In this document: one piece after another, positions 13,796 to 27,954 of the stretch
Position numbering within the stretch: position 1 is the first letter of the stretch
Layout: each line of letters opens with the position of its first letter
Assembly (NCBI GenBank): GCA_951406725.2
Contig: OX597826.1
Location: forward strand, 68,572,001-68,636,000
From: Octopus vulgaris
Taxonomy: Eukaryota
DNA: 64,000 nt
Reading direction: 5' to 3'
The notes under the pieces: generated by a model
The model's input: the letters and a program-made list of their open reading frames with translations, nothing else
What the model was told of the DNA's origin: nothing
The model's database searches: none
Translations under genes and position numbers: made by a program

Positions 13796-14864
13796 TGGTA
13801 GGTGTACCTATAAATTAAATGGCGAAATCTGACGCGTTGTGTTATGGGAATTCTACCAGACGATTACAGTGACTGCCAATACATGTGGAATATTCGCTTA
13901 CATCGCTTACATAAAAAAAAAAACAACAAAAAAAACATGGTGAGAGACATTTCTTCCAAACTATTTTGAGGCTGTAATCATCGTATTTCGACGAAGAAAT
14001 CTTCAGAATTAGTTATAAGAAATTCTAATATAAGGTAAAGACATCTACGGAAATACAAGTCTTACATATGTGAAATCTTTTGCGTAAACCTTAGAAATGT
14101 ATTCTCCCAGAGGGGAGAAGGAAATATTTGCATCACTTCACCAGAATTAGTATGAAATTATTCCTGAATCCATGTAGATATTATCCGACTGGAAGAATCT
14201 TACTGAGAACAATAATACAAAGGATCGGATGATAATATATCACGACTATGATATTACATGCCGCGTGCGCACGCACACACACACGTACGCACGCACACAC
14301 TTTTGCATACATAAAAATATACATTTATGTATGTAAACATATATACATAATTTTATATATATATATATATGTATGTATACATATATATATATATATGCAG
14401 ATATGTATTTTTGTGTGTGAGATTGAATGTTCACATACACACACAAACACACAAACACACACACACACACATATAAATGCATATGTAAGCTATATAGACT
14501 ACACAAGTGTTGGATGAATTCTGAAATCTGCAGACAATACCACGCGGAATATACACGTCTGTCTTCATAAAGCCAGTAACGTCGCATATAACCGGTCAGT
14601 CCACATGCTAGAATTTGCAGCCAAACCTCACTCGAATGCATCCTTACACTTTTCCATAAGAGAAGAGTATATTGTTTGGTGTAGCCCTGTGTATAAGTAA
14701 TCCAGGTGAGTAGTCGAGATGATGGTCATAAATGAAATATTTTTGATGGTCGATATTCTGATTTGAGACTAAAAGAAAACAAACGGAACGAAAATTTTGG
14801 AAGTTCTTCAAATGAAGATAAGTTAAATAACCTCCATATAAATAATGAATAAATGCGCCCTTTT

Positions 14865-15090
14865 AAAGCCTAATCAGGGTCATGAGTCCGGTTTCTCGGT
14901 CTCTATGGCGTATGTGGTCCCCAGTATGTGGTCCGCAGCGTTACTCATTTTTGCCAGCTGAGTGAACTGGAGCAACGTGAAATGAAGTGTTTTGCTCAAG
15001 AACACAAAGTGTCGCCCGGTCCAGGAATCGAAACCATAATCTTACTATCATGATACTAACACCCGAACCACTAAGCCACGCGCCTCCACA
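14865..15090 (-). mobile_element. SINE family 3-related copy
   Basis: Reverse complement of GGAGGCGCGTGGCTTAGTGGTT..GGTTTCGATTCCTGGACCGGGCG tRNA-like head. Confidence 0.7.
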
Positions 15091-15765
15091 ACCTCCATAT
15101 ATAATATCTTTTTCTACTCAAGGTACAATGCTCGCAATTTTTTGGGAGGTGGGGGGTCAGACGATTAGGTCGGCCCCAGTACGCAACTGGTACATTACCC
15201 TGAAAAGATGAAAGGTAATGTCGACTCCGGCTGAATTTGACGTCCATATATATTATTATATGAGAAATGTATTTAGATATATCAGTTTATTCCAATAGAT
15301 TCTGGGAAGTGTTATGCAAAGAAATAAGTTTAAAAATATATAAAAGAAGAAAAGAATGCAATGTATAGATGTCCTCTTTTTGACGGAGATGGGGGTGGGG
15401 CGCTCCAAACGGAATCTGGGAAAAAGTTTGAACAATAATCAAAATAAACATTATATATTTTTAATCAAGAAAAATTCAAAAAAATCGAGAAAAGCAAGAT
15501 ATTTATGTCGCAAATATAGACATTATATACAAGATGGATATTATATTCAGAATATCAAATATCCAGACATGTTTTGGTATGGAATGCTTTAGAATAATAT
15601 ATCTCCACAGAAATCCGTAGCCATGGAACACACACTGCGCTCGTTAGTCCTAAATAAAATGTTTGTTTTTTTTCATATGGAATATTCGAATTCATTGATT
15701 CGATAACTGAATGCAGGCTGCTAGTGACTATACACATACCTACATACATACTTACATGCATACAC

Positions 15766-15873
<108 letters not shown>

Positions 15874-16534
15874 TGATAGATATATAGATATATAGATATA
15901 GATATATGTATGTATATATATACATACATATGCATATGCATGCATATATATATGCATAAATATAAGCACACGCACACACAGACATATGATTGTATGTATG
16001 TGTGTATGTATGTATGTAAATGTGTATGAATATACTTACATACGTAGCAGTCGTTTCCATGCTTTTGAATAGCGTATAACCATTACTTGCCTCTTACTGT
16101 TTCCAGATCTACTCAGACCCGGAGTAGTAACATCTTTTAGGGTCCCAGTAATGTGTGAACTACAATTTGAACCACTGAGAGTGAACCATTCTTTGTCCCT
16201 TTTAGAACTTCCTTCTAGAAGCTAAATTCTTATATAAAAAAAAATCCTCAGGACTGAAGGTTTCTATTTGTCTCAACCACAGTAGTACGTTTAGTGTTAT
16301 AGATGATCGCACTAAAACGTCGCTTCAATACTGTCCAACATTTTATCCACTCAAAACACGGACTGGAACTTCTTGGACTCTTGGAACATTTGCACAGACT
16401 GACTGAATTTTGGAAGTGGTCTTCTTTGCTCATGATCTGGCACCGTGAATGGTGCGGAATGATTAATATTCTGAAGTCTTAACGACAAGGAAATCCAACC
16501 TAAACTAACGCAAAAATTGCCTGAAGAAGAATAC

Positions 16535-16672
16535 ATAGCACTTAATTTATTGACTCCTAGAGGATGAAAGGCAAAGTCCACCTCGGCGGAATTTGAACTC
16601 AGAACGCAAAGAGAGACGAAATACTGCTGAGCATATCGCCCGGTGTGCTAACGTTTCTGCCAGCTCGCCGCT
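16535..16672 (-). mobile_element. SINE family 1 (5' half)
   Basis: Reverse complement of GCGGCGAGCTGGCAGAAACGTTAGCAC..GAGTTCAAATTCCGCCGAGG. Confidence 0.85.
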
Positions 16673-16759
16673 CAATAGTCGAAAATAGCTACCGATTGTA
16701 ACGCACTGTGAGATTGAACTCGAAACCACGTGGTTCTGAAGTGAACGTCTAAACCATAC

Positions 16760-18300
16760 ATCCATGCCTACGCTTATAACATTTCTAAATCCTTGTTGTA
16801 ACTATGGTTTATATCCTGCTTTAATGCATTTTCACCAAACGCTCCAATTCTATGTCACCTCTCTCAGATTGCCCAAACACTTCTCCCCCGTTTCAAATGC
16901 CATCGTTGTAACTCCAGTTTCTCGTGCTCTTCCCTCTCGTTTCTTCATTCAACCGACCAACTGTGTACGCCCCAATCAAAATTTCTTTCTCATCTCATAA
17001 TATATTCCTCCTAGGGTTATTGTGACGTTCTCATAAAGTTAACTCGTACATTCAACATCGCTCTGAGACTCTTGTTCATTACAAGATGTCACCATATAAT
17101 TCCCAACATTTTAAAGTAGATTTTTTAAGTTCAAAATATTCACTAAGTTTTTAATCCGCCGCAACCTAGTGTAATAATCCTTTAGATATATTTCATATAT
17201 TATACCTGTATATCTTTCAGTTGCACACTATCTCTGCATTATCTTTAGGCAATACTTGACGTAATATACTACCAAGAGCTTCTTAACATCACAAACATTG
17301 CCAGTAATTGTATATGACAAAACATTGCCAACATATAGGTTTAACAGCATACTCATTACCCTTATATTTTGTACAGTATGTCTTATTGAAATTATATATT
17401 CATCCCAGACTCTCTGTATTATGAAACTTGCTCCTCATTTCAGAATCTTGTTATCTTTGTGTGAAATTCTACTTTGAATTACCAGACAAGAAAACCCTCC
17501 AGACAATAGTAAACAGTAATGCTTCTCAAGTCTCTAACTCAGCTTTCGTTGCTAGGATCTTTAATATGATAGCTATCTACCATTCTGTGAATATCATATC
17601 TCTCTCTGTATTTAGGCGTGCTTTGTAAAGCACTTTGTGCTATAATATCTCAACATTTTATCATCACCCTATCGTTTCTGATTCTTTAATCTCTTTCTAA
17701 TAATTTCGATCTCAGCTGGTTTTGGTTTACCCACTTTCATTGATCAGATTCTTTTCAACTGGGAGAATATTTTTCATCATTTTGTGGAATCGGCCTCTTT
17801 AACACTGCTTCAAATTATTCTTTTGCATCTATATTTTATCTGTTCAGTAGATTTCCCCCGTGTATCTCTAATTGGGAGTCCTTTGATTTTCTTGATTGTG
17901 CCTCTAATTTCTTTAATTGCTTCAGTGATTGATAGGCTAATCTACTAACCCTCTCTCTTTTTCTCTAGTCATGTGATCTCTCATCTTATCTGCAGCCACA
18001 TTCAAGTACTTCCTCCTTTCACGCTCACTGAGCTTTCTTATTGCGCTGTTTAATCTGACATATTCTGTTCCTAAAATAGGAATTTTTCTTTTTTCTCAAC
18101 TACTTCCAATTTCACATTCCAATTTTGTTAAATTCATATTCTGTATCATGTTTCATATTTCCTTTGTGATTCATTTATTTCCATAGTTTTTTTCCGATAC
18201 TTCTGAGAGTTACTTAGGTTGTTTCTTGTAGTCTCTTAAATGGCATTGTACATCTGACAGACATCCTTCTCCTTTCTCTCTTTATTATTAATGCCTGTAC
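16760..18300 (-). mobile_element. Highly degenerate RTE-like LINE remnant
   Basis: Minus-strand manual translation: KE*FEAVLKRP and KPKPAEIEIIRKRLKNQKR*GDD resemble RTE linker and RT-entry motifs; many stops. Confidence 0.45.
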
Positions 18301-18384
18301 AGCATCACATATATTTCTACAGTCACACAAATTCGTCTTCTTAGGTCGACTGCAAACCGGGAAAAAAATGCTCAGATGTAATTC

Positions 18385-19945
18385 GCCCGTCTGTACGTTC
18401 TGATTTCAAATCCTACCGAGATCGACTTTGTCTTTCTTCCTTTCGGGGTTCATAAAATAAATACCCTTTAAACACTGGAGTCGATGCAATGTACTTACCC
18501 TCTCACTCGGTATTGCTAACATTATGACGAATGTGACACCGACATTGAATTCAAATTTTAGCTCAAAGTCAGCGATTTTGAGGAGGGAGTAAGTCAATTA
18601 TATCGACATCAATGCTCAACTGTTACTTATTTTATCGCCCTAGAATTGATGAAAGTCAAAGTCGAAAGGCGGAGCTTGAACATTTATGGACGAAATACTG
18701 CTAAGCGTCTGGCGCAGCGTGCTACTGATAATACTGATAATGCGCCGTCTTGAATACATTCTGTAATATTAGTTTTAAATTCTTTTGAAGGCGGCGAGCT
18801 GGCTGAAACGTTAGCGAAATGCTTAGCGGTATTTCGTCTGTCTTTACGTTGTGATTTCAAATACCGCCGAGGTCGACTTTGCCTTTCATCCTTTCGAGGT
18901 CGATAAATTAAATACCAGTTGCGTACTGAGAATCGATCTAATCGACTGGTTCCCTCACCCAGAATTTCAGTCCTTAGGTCTAGAGCAGAAAAGATCATGT
19001 GGTGGTTGGGGTATAAAGGCGGCGAGCTGGCATAAACGCTGGGCGAAATGCTTAGCGCCATTTCGTATGTCCTTACGTTCTGAGTTCAAATTCCGCTGAG
19101 GTTGACTTTGCCTTTCATTCTTTCAGGGTCGTTAAATTAAGTACCAATTGTGTACAAGGGTCGATCTAATCAACTGGCATCTTCCTCAAAAATTTCGCGC
19201 CTTGTGCCTAGAGTAGAAAAAAATAGTAGTTCCAAGTTTTAACACAAACTCAGCTATTTCCGGCGAGGAGACAAGTCGAGACAAGACAGTGCTGAAGTGG
19301 TACTTACTTTATCTATCCCAAGTACTTGGAATGTCTGGCTATGAGTATGAGCAGTTATACGTATGTGTGTTTTTTTGCGTTATGGGTTATGAGTTATGAG
19401 TTTGTCATATTTCGGGGAAAAATATTTTTAGAATTTCAAATCAAATTCACTCGAACAGATGATATCATAAAGAAATACTGGTTTCAAATTTTGGCACAAG
19501 GCCAGCAATTTCGGAGAAAGAGGCAAACCGATTATATCGCCCCAGTGCTCAACAGACACTTATTTTGTCGACCTTGAAAGGATGAAATGCAACGTTGACC
19601 TCGGTGGAATTTGAAATCAGAACGTAAAGACGGACGAAACATAGCTAAGCATTTTGCCCTTCATACTAACGATTCTGAGATTTCGCCGCCTTGAAAATAT
19701 TCTGCAATACTGATTTCAAATTTTGGTAGAAGGCCAGCAGTTTCGAGAGATGGGTTAAGTCCATTACATAGACCCCCACTGCTTAACTGGTACTTATTTT
19801 ACCAACTCAATAAGGACGAAAAGTAATGTCCAACTCAGTGGAATTTGAACTGAACTAAGGACGTAACAATGGGCAAAATACAATTAAACCGTTCGTCCAG
19901 TGCGCTAAAGATTCTCCAACTTGCCGTCTTAGATACATTCTGTAA
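18385..19945. mobile_element. Cluster of about 7 SINE family 1 copies in both orientations
   Basis: Copies at about 18390-18520(+), 18560-18750(-), 18790-18993(+), 19018-19222(+), 19225-19325(-), 19478-19692(-), 19710-19930(-). Confidence 0.85.
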
Positions 19946-19989
19946 TACTACAATCTAATACAAAGTTGCCGATTTAGGAGACACAAGAT

Positions 19990-20700
19990 ACGTGAAGTTT
20001 TAGTTGGAGATTTGCACTCGAAACACTGTCGAAAGCTTTCCGGATGTCTAAAGAAGGTCGTTGTTTTCACATAGATTCGCTCGATATCGAATCCACTTGT
20101 GAGTTGCATACGAATGTAAGACTAAAGTGGACCAGGTTCTGCAGTAGCTGTACCGTAGGAAACTGAAGAAAGGGATGAACTCAAAGTACTGGAGATCCAT
20201 TATTGTCATGGTCAATGGTTGTCTTCACTGCTGTAGCGATATAAGAGAGCAAAATGAAGCTAGTTGATTGGGTGATAGGGTTTTCATTTCTTCGTAAAGG
20301 GACACACTGGTGCATAGATATCTCCGTTGATAATAACAGCTTAGTGAGTACAGTAGCCATAAATGTATTTGCAAGGATACTTCAGTAGTATCATTTCCTT
20401 TGGAAAGAACCGAAGGTGTTTTTTCCACCTGTGATTTGTGGGTTGAAGATACAGGGCCTAATGGTGTGTAATTTGAGGGACAGTCCAAGAGTGTATAGTG
20501 TGGAGTTGTTTGCAAAACAGGAAGTATTTTCCTTGAGACTATTGCTTAAGTCGCTATCGTTTTCTAGAAGAGAACATAACATAAGTACATCCACGCTGGA
20601 ACTCAATGTCTGTTTCAATGCAAGTACCTCTTCGACACAGACAACACTTAAAAGCGTTGATTCAACAGAAGAAATTTACAGGACAATCTCAACTACCACC
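19990..20700 (-). mobile_element. Possible degenerate LINE APE-endonuclease remnant
   Basis: Weak motif similarity (VIINGDIYA to GDFNA; NQLASFC); heavily disrupted. Confidence 0.3.
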
Positions 20701-21124
20701 GTGTATGTATTATGTTTATTTGATTGATCTCACGAAAAGGGAAACTCTAGATGTGGTTGTATCTAAAGGATGAAGGCTGTGGTGATAGCAAACTTCAAAA
20801 CATACATCTGTGTCGTTGCATAAGCAATAATTCATACAAAAGCACGTATCGTGATCGTCCTTCAATCACAAATACATTATAAATCTAAGTACATTATTTC
20901 TTTCTTGCAGTTCTGACAAGTTTAAACATAAAATTTTTGATTAACCGTCTATCCATAATATATGATGTAATTCTACTGGGTGAGAAATGAATTACAGCTA
21001 GCAGCCAAGCTGTCATTAGCATATGACATGACATCCGCTCAAAATACAGATAATACATATGCATAAACAAACATTTACACATATACACATGTACACGTGT
21101 ACACACCTACACACACACATATGC

Positions 21125-21156
<32 letters not shown>

Positions 21157-21303
21157 GTATATGTATATGTATATGTATATATATATGTATATGTATTTGT
21201 ACATGTATATATATATATATATATATGCAAGTACATACACAAACATGCAGGCATATAAATATATATAAACATATATATAATTATATATATATATATATAT
21301 ATC

Positions 21304-21368
<65 letters not shown>

Positions 21369-21937
21369 AATCTATCTTCAGTTACCCTTAAGAGGGAGGA
21401 ATTGCCAAATAATGGGTACTATATCCCTATATTTTCCCACAAAGAACCCCCAGAAACAGCCGTTGGTACCCTACTTTAACAAATTTTTAACTATCCCGAA
21501 TTTTGACTTCGCTCCTCATAGTCTCTTTTAGTTCGCTTCCATCTCCACTTCAGACCATCTCCAATATTTTTACCTATACCCGCATGTTTTAACGTTTTTA
21601 TAAACAATCTACTAATTTACTCATATCTATTTTTAGTATATTTATTTATTTATAGATTGTTAAGAAAATGTCTGTGTATTTATATATTTTATTCTATCAC
21701 GTACATTTATCCTTTAAATCCATCTCTTATCGAAGTCATGTTTGCGGATCAGCTTTCGGTTCAAGTTTATCTTGAGCGCTTCTAAGTCCAAGCCGCTACA
21801 ATGTGAGAGAAATTCTAAGCAATCTTACTCCTCAAAAAAATTATATAATTATACATTTGTATACATATGCATGCAAATTTGTATGTATGTTATAGATTTG
21901 TGCATGTATGAATATATGTGTATTTGGAACACATTTA

Positions 21938-21968
<31 letters not shown>

Positions 21969-22317
21969 TACGAAAACACACATTGTTATTATATTCATCG
22001 ATGAGATCTTTTACCTTACAAAGAGTCCTTGGATGCGTACTATCAATAATAACAGAGAAACATGAGCACTACATTCCGTGCAACATTACCCAGTATGTCT
22101 CCTATGCGGCTTTCCATTTTTTTCATTTGTGTTTCTTTTTTGTCTTAACATAGTGGCCCAAAAGATTCCCGAGGTGTTAGGCGTTTCGAAGAACCTCTAA
22201 AACTGATGCGCTGTTGATGTTCTTCAATTACTTGAAAGTGACAGTGAGAGGAAAAAAATTAAAGAAAGAAGCGAATTAGAGAGGGAACCTGTTTGGAGAG
22301 ATAGAACACGTAGAAAC

Positions 22318-22556
22318 GGAGGCGCAATGGGCCCAGTTGTTAGGGCAGCGGACACGCGGTCGGAGGATCGCGGTTTCGATACCCAGACCGGACGTTGTGT
22401 GTGTTTATTGAGCGAAAGCCCCTAAGAGATCCACGAGGCTCTGGCAGGGGGTAGTGGCGACCGTTGTTGTAGGCTTTCGCCCCAACTTTCTCTCACTCTT
22501 TCTTCCTGTTTCGTGAGTAACGCTGCGATAGACTCGCGTCCCGCCCACTTGGGTAG
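22318..22556 (+). mobile_element. tRNA-derived SINE family 3
   Basis: GGAGGCGCAATGGGCCCAGTTGTTAGGGCAGCGGAC..GGTTTCGATACCCAGACC; homologues at 37070-37207(-) and 52800-53108(-). Confidence 0.85.
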
Positions 22557-22941
22557 GCTTGAAAAATGCGCATAAATAAATAAAATATCACGTAGAAATA
22601 GGTTAATACCTGAGATGGTAGTAGACAGTTTTTTTTTAACATACAGGTATAAACATAAAGTACCATCGTAAACGTAAGGTGTCATTGTAAAGTGCCATTG
22701 CAAATAACAAAAATGCAATAGATTTGCATTGGCTTACTGCACGCCATGAGATAACCTATTGTCCTTTGGAACACCGGTATATCAGAAACGATACTTTGCT
22801 GCAATGTACGTTATCATTTAGCTGAATATTTACATAACATAATTCTGCTATGAAAAAAGCTGAACTGCAGTTAATTGACAAAATTGTCAGTCCTACATTT
22901 CAAGATAATGCTACGTTCACGTATACGATGACGTAGATACA

Positions 22942-22979
<38 letters not shown>

Positions 22980-23004
22980 TATGTATGTATCTGTGAGTGT
23001 GTAG

Positions 23005-23044
<40 letters not shown>

Positions 23045-23329
23045 GCACACACGAATGTATGTGTGTACATAAGTAGATGTTGCTAAATATATATGTATAT
23101 ATATATATATATTTAATGACAGAGAGAGGCAGATATACAAACACACTCATATTCACACACCAATATATATATTTATGTAGGTATATATACGCCCACATAC
23201 TATTGTATATTTGCAAATGTGTGTGTATCTTGTGTGGAAGTGTATTACAGCACATTTTTACCAAGAATTTCTGTTAGTCGTTTTTATGTTAAATTACTCG
23301 AAATGTAATTGAATAGAATTTAATCCTAT

Positions 23330-23790
23330 CACTCTAATAAAGACCGTTATTGTGCAAGAAGCTGAAGGCTTAAGATATCTCTCCTTAACATCCACGCTTA
23401 GTAGCAAGAAGACGGCTGCCCATCGCTTACATCATTTGAATAATAGTTACAAAACACGAAGAACCTAACACAAAATATACTAGACACTTGAGAATACCAT
23501 GAACAAAACACAACGCTAAAATATGGCAGACTAAGAAAATTTTATTCGAAACCATCAAAGAGAAAATACTAAAATATTTTGAACACTTGATTAGAGAAAA
23601 TAGTTTACAAAGACTGTTAATAGATGTGAAAATGTATGGGTATGGAGGAAGGTTATAGCGAAGAAGTATGTGGGTAGATAACGTTAAGAATTTTACAGAC
23701 ACAACTCACCGTATAGTGCAACACAAGAAAGGGAAAATGGGTGTCTGTGGTATTTTATCTGCAAAGAGAGAATGGAACTTGATAATGAAA
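23330..23790 (+). mobile_element. RTE-like LINE 3' end remnant
   Basis: Translation IKEKILKYFEHLIRENSLQRLLIDVKMYGYGGRL*RRSMWVDNVK matches the RTE C-terminal pattern L.YFGH..R..EGK..GRPR..W.DNIK. Confidence 0.6.
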
Positions 23791-23872
23791 TTGATTTAAT
23801 GGAATGGAATTAATGAAATAGTCTCCGTCTTTGCATTTAAACAATCATAAACAACAAACAGAATGCATCAAT

Positions 23873-23997
<125 letters not shown>

Positions 23998-24420
23998 AAC
24001 ACACAAACACACACATGTATATAACAATAATAATAATAATAATCCATGGATGGAATTTTTAAAATATTTTAATGCATCCCTACGCGCGTTTCCATATATT
24101 GCATATTTCATATTTCATACTCCACATATTGCATGTTTCTTACGATCATAGTTTGTTTTACCTATGATGATTAAAATAAATTCTGTAGTATCCATGGATA
24201 TCGGGTGGATCATAGATCGTATGTTCTTTTCCTCAGGTTTTAAGTATAATTTAAAGTTAAATAGGTATTATTAGAATTATTATTATTAATAATAATAATC
24301 ATAATAATAAAGTGGCTAGCAAGTTATAAACGAAATTCAATAGCATGCTAAAATACCACTTGCTATAGACGTAGCCATCACTCTGAAACCATATTATTAT
24401 TATTAACATTGGTGATAATA

Positions 24421-24814
24421 CATGTGGTAAGTAGCTTGCTAACCAACCACATCTTGGCATCTTGGGCAAGTGTCTTCTGCTATAGCCCCCGACCAATGCC
24501 TTGTGAGTGGATTTGGTAGACGGAAACTGAAAGAAGCCTGTCGTATATATGTATATATATATATATATGTATAGGTGTGTGTGTGTGTGTGTGTGTTTGT
24601 GTGTCTGTGTTTGTCCCCCTAGCATTGCTTGACAACCGATGCTGGTGTGTGTTTACGTCCCCGTCACTTAGCGGTTCGGCAAAAGAGACCGATAGAATAA
24701 GTACTGGGCTTACAAAAAGAATAAGTCCCGAGGACGAGTTGCTCGACTAAAGGCGATGCTCCAGCATGGCCGCAGTCAAATGACTGAAACAAGTAAAAGA
24801 GTAAAAAGAGAGAG
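24421..24814 (+). mobile_element. SINE family 2 (internally deleted head)
   Basis: CTTGGGCAAGTGTCTTCT core and the same tail as 13381-13795. Confidence 0.9.
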
Positions 24815-25263
24815 TAATTTAACTTCAGATTATACTTGCTCACGGTAGGTTCGTTTTGAATATCAGAGGGATATTCATATTTAAGAATGCAGACGGCGTA
24901 ATGAGATGAATAATTCGGAAGTATTTGTTGTAGCGTTAAGTCTGGCTGAGAAGCTAAGTATTATTTTTCATACAGAAAGCGAAATTAATTGATCCCGGAA
25001 TTTACGCATTCCTTACTTCTGTCGTTCATAAAAGGTAAGCCTATTTCTGCTATGTTTGTTGCATTCGTCATGTGTATTTTAATAGTGAGTAATTTCTGAT
25101 TTGGAAATTTTTTTATATTTTACTTATAAAGGTGTAAACTTACAAGCCACTTTATTATTATCATTAATACTATTATTAATGGTAATGATACTTATTTAAC
25201 CTTAAATTATAGACACATACATACATACATACATTCATACATACATACATACATATATATGTA

Positions 25264-25294
<31 letters not shown>

Positions 25295-25318
25295 CTATAT
25301 ATATATATATATATATCT

Positions 25319-25504
25319 GATCGCTGTCTGCCGGCTGGTGGCGTTGAGCAGTCATCCCAGCGGAGCTCAGAGCCATGGACCACAAGCCTATGGACCCTAA
25401 GTAAGGCATGTGTAAAATTTGAATGAAATTGGTTGTGTAGTTCTCGAGTTTTAGGGATTCACGCAGACAAACAGACACGCATTCTCAATTTTATATATAT
25501 AGAT
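25319..25504 (+). mobile_element. Helitron/HINE-like 3' end fragment
   Basis: Ends CAGACAAACAGAC..TTTTATATATATAGAT, like the ends at 26545, 26661 and 27267. Confidence 0.4.
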
Positions 25505-25689
25505 ATATATGTATGCATTATGTATGTATGTATGTATGTATGTATGTATGTATGTATGTATGTATGTATGTATGTATATATGTATGCATATATACAAATT
25601 TGAATGTTTGTGTGTATCTACAAAAAGTTAAACAAAACACAGAGAGACGTTGAAATGTATTCATACACACATCTACTCATTTATATATA

Positions 25690-25875
25690 TACAGGTAGAG
25701 TTTACGAAAAAAACAAAAGACGAAGACAGGTGGTGTAGACGACAAACAGATGTATTAGTATAAAGCTCGGGAAGTGAAAGCGTCTTTAATGTTTTGAGCC
25801 TATGCTCTTCTACAGAAAACGACACAGAAAAAAGGAGAGAAAAAATGTGTGTCGTGGCTAACGATCTATGATGGT
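25690..25875 (-). mobile_element. Family B TA-embedded element
   Basis: Homologous to 1946-2132. Confidence 0.65.
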
Positions 25876-25972
25876 GAATATATATATATATATATATTAT
25901 CGCTATGGGCTCCGTGTGAGCAGTCATCTAAAAGTGTTTTGTGCATCTTGATGTTGACATAAGTTTCTTGCT

Positions 25973-26055
25973 TTTTCCTGATGAGAAAGTGGCATAATAT
26001 ACTCCTTATTCCTTCGCAATTAAGAATATGCAGCCTTCGAAACATATGTCGAAAA
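25973..26055 (+). ncRNA. Type I hammerhead ribozyme motif with canonical core
   Basis: TTTTC-CTGATGA-GAAAG..CCTTC-GAAAC-ATAT-GTC|GAAAA; stem I TTTTC/GAAAA, stem II extended by GCATA/TATGC, palindromic stem III ACATATGT, GUC cleavage triplet. Confidence 0.75.
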
Positions 26056-26092
26056 TAAAGGAATTTTGTTAATTCGTCGTTCAACTCCATTC

Positions 26093-26143
<51 letters not shown>

Positions 26144-26155
26144 TATTTATATATA

Positions 26156-27267
26156 CTAGCAGTATCACCCGGTGTTGCTTGGGTTTATTTTGACCCTCTA
26201 GAATTGGAATTTTTGAAAAGTAAAAATTTAGCATTATGCAACTTGTTATTCTCTTCAAGTGAACATTTTTCCAGTTGAAATACACCGAAAATGGTGACAC
26301 AGCAGTCAAAAATCGTAAAAAATAGGGATTTTCATAGAAAAAAATGCACCTTTTTGATGTAAATAATTTTTGGTGTTAACATGGTCCGATTTGAATTTTA
26401 TCTTCTACAGAATAAAGAGGAAGACTTCTTCTATCATACTCTCAATTTTGGTTAACTTGTGCTGCAGGGTCTCGAAGGAGATAGTGTTAGTTGAAGGCTA
26501 CCAAACCTGCCACACACAGACAACTTCAGCTTTATATACAGAGATTTGCTACACACTACTTTCCATCCTTAATAATGAAACTTGGTAGATCCAAAATTTA
26601 AACACACAGACACACACAGATATACACACAGACACACATGTTGAGTTTTATATGTATAGATTTCTCAACGGGGATTTCAGGGGAGAGTTTCAGGGAGTCG
26701 CTGGCGATGTATCGTGATGATCAAAATTCTGGCCTGCTAAAATTTGGTTAAAGTGATTCAAACTGCAGACTCAATGCAAAATGGTCACATTTAATTCAAA
26801 GCGTTAAAAATGTTTTGAAAACAATTGGTATGTGTTTACAAAGTCCAAACGATTAATACGAAAAAACCCTCCAGGCTACATCCCGAAAATTCATTTCTTT
26901 GCCGAATTTCTACAATGTTTACGGCAATTCGTTTTTATATCTTGATTTTTTTATTTTTTCATGCAATTTAGGCATGCTTGCATGCGTGGTGAACACAGTT
27001 CACGTCAAACAGCTGACTGAGTAAAGTTCACTATTCAATACATGGGATAAGGCCTAAACAAACACATTATCGATTTTTGCACTTGCGAGGTGAATTTCGG
27101 AACAGAAATAGTGCAGTTCAATTTTCATTCGCCTAAACTTTAAGTGACCCATTTTTTTGTGCTTCTACGATTTGTTGGCTAGGAGGAGATGTGCCGGGAA
27201 GTTAAACACACAGACACACACACAGATACACACACAGACACACAAGTTCAGTTCTATCTATATAGAT
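26156..27267 (+). mobile_element. Helitron/Helentron-like non-autonomous element(s) with repeated 3' ends
   Basis: 5' ACTAGC..CCCGGTGTTGCTTGGG subterminal hairpin; three successive CACAGAC..TTTATATAnAGAT-like termini. Confidence 0.5.
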
Positions 27268-27520
27268 GATACCTGGACGTAATTTTCAAATCTTATACGA
27301 ACGTTCTGTAGAAAACGCTTGAGTTTATGTTTATATATATATATATAAACCTTACCTGCGACACATCTACAACGTATACTATAACGTGATATTTTTAATT
27401 TCATTCCTGACTTTCTTGGGAATGTTCCGAGACTGAAAATATATGTAGAGGAGATCGTTCAAATAAATTTGCTAAGTATGTATGTATTTACCCCTCTCTT
27501 TCATTCTCTCCCTCTCAATC

Positions 27521-27576
<56 letters not shown>

Positions 27577-27760
27577 CACACAATGCATATATATAATGCT
27601 TGCTTCATGTTCTTAAGCTTTGCAATATATGAAAAGAGTCAAGTGTTAATAAACAGCTCACTCAATACATTTAAACTGAATATTGCATTTTAAATGGAAT
27701 ACGTCTGCTAATGGAAAAAATTGAGAAATATTAAGAATAGCGCTATTCATTAAAATACTG

Positions 27761-27954
27761 GGAACTACAGAACAATTAGGCCGAAAGGAAACAAATGATT
27801 GCTAAAACTGAAAAAAGGAGACGCTATAAGAAATTCTATTACGTGTGCAATATAGAAACTGGAGGGAAACAATGTGGAATATATACAGAACAAATTTTTT
27901 ATCGCTATATAAATACTGCAAATAAAATCTAAACAACATGGTCAAGACAACGAA
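27761..27954 (+). repeat. About 194-bp direct repeat, copy 1
   Basis: Near-identical to 29320-29513. Confidence 0.95.

Noticed and set aside
21745-21790. Hairpin followed by CCGAAAGCT on the minus strand
   Set aside because: Core and cleavage triplet deviate at too many positions to count as a hammerhead.
22318-22395. tRNA-like sequence with A and B boxes
   Set aside because: It is the head of a multi-copy SINE and continues into the SINE body; no clean cloverleaf.
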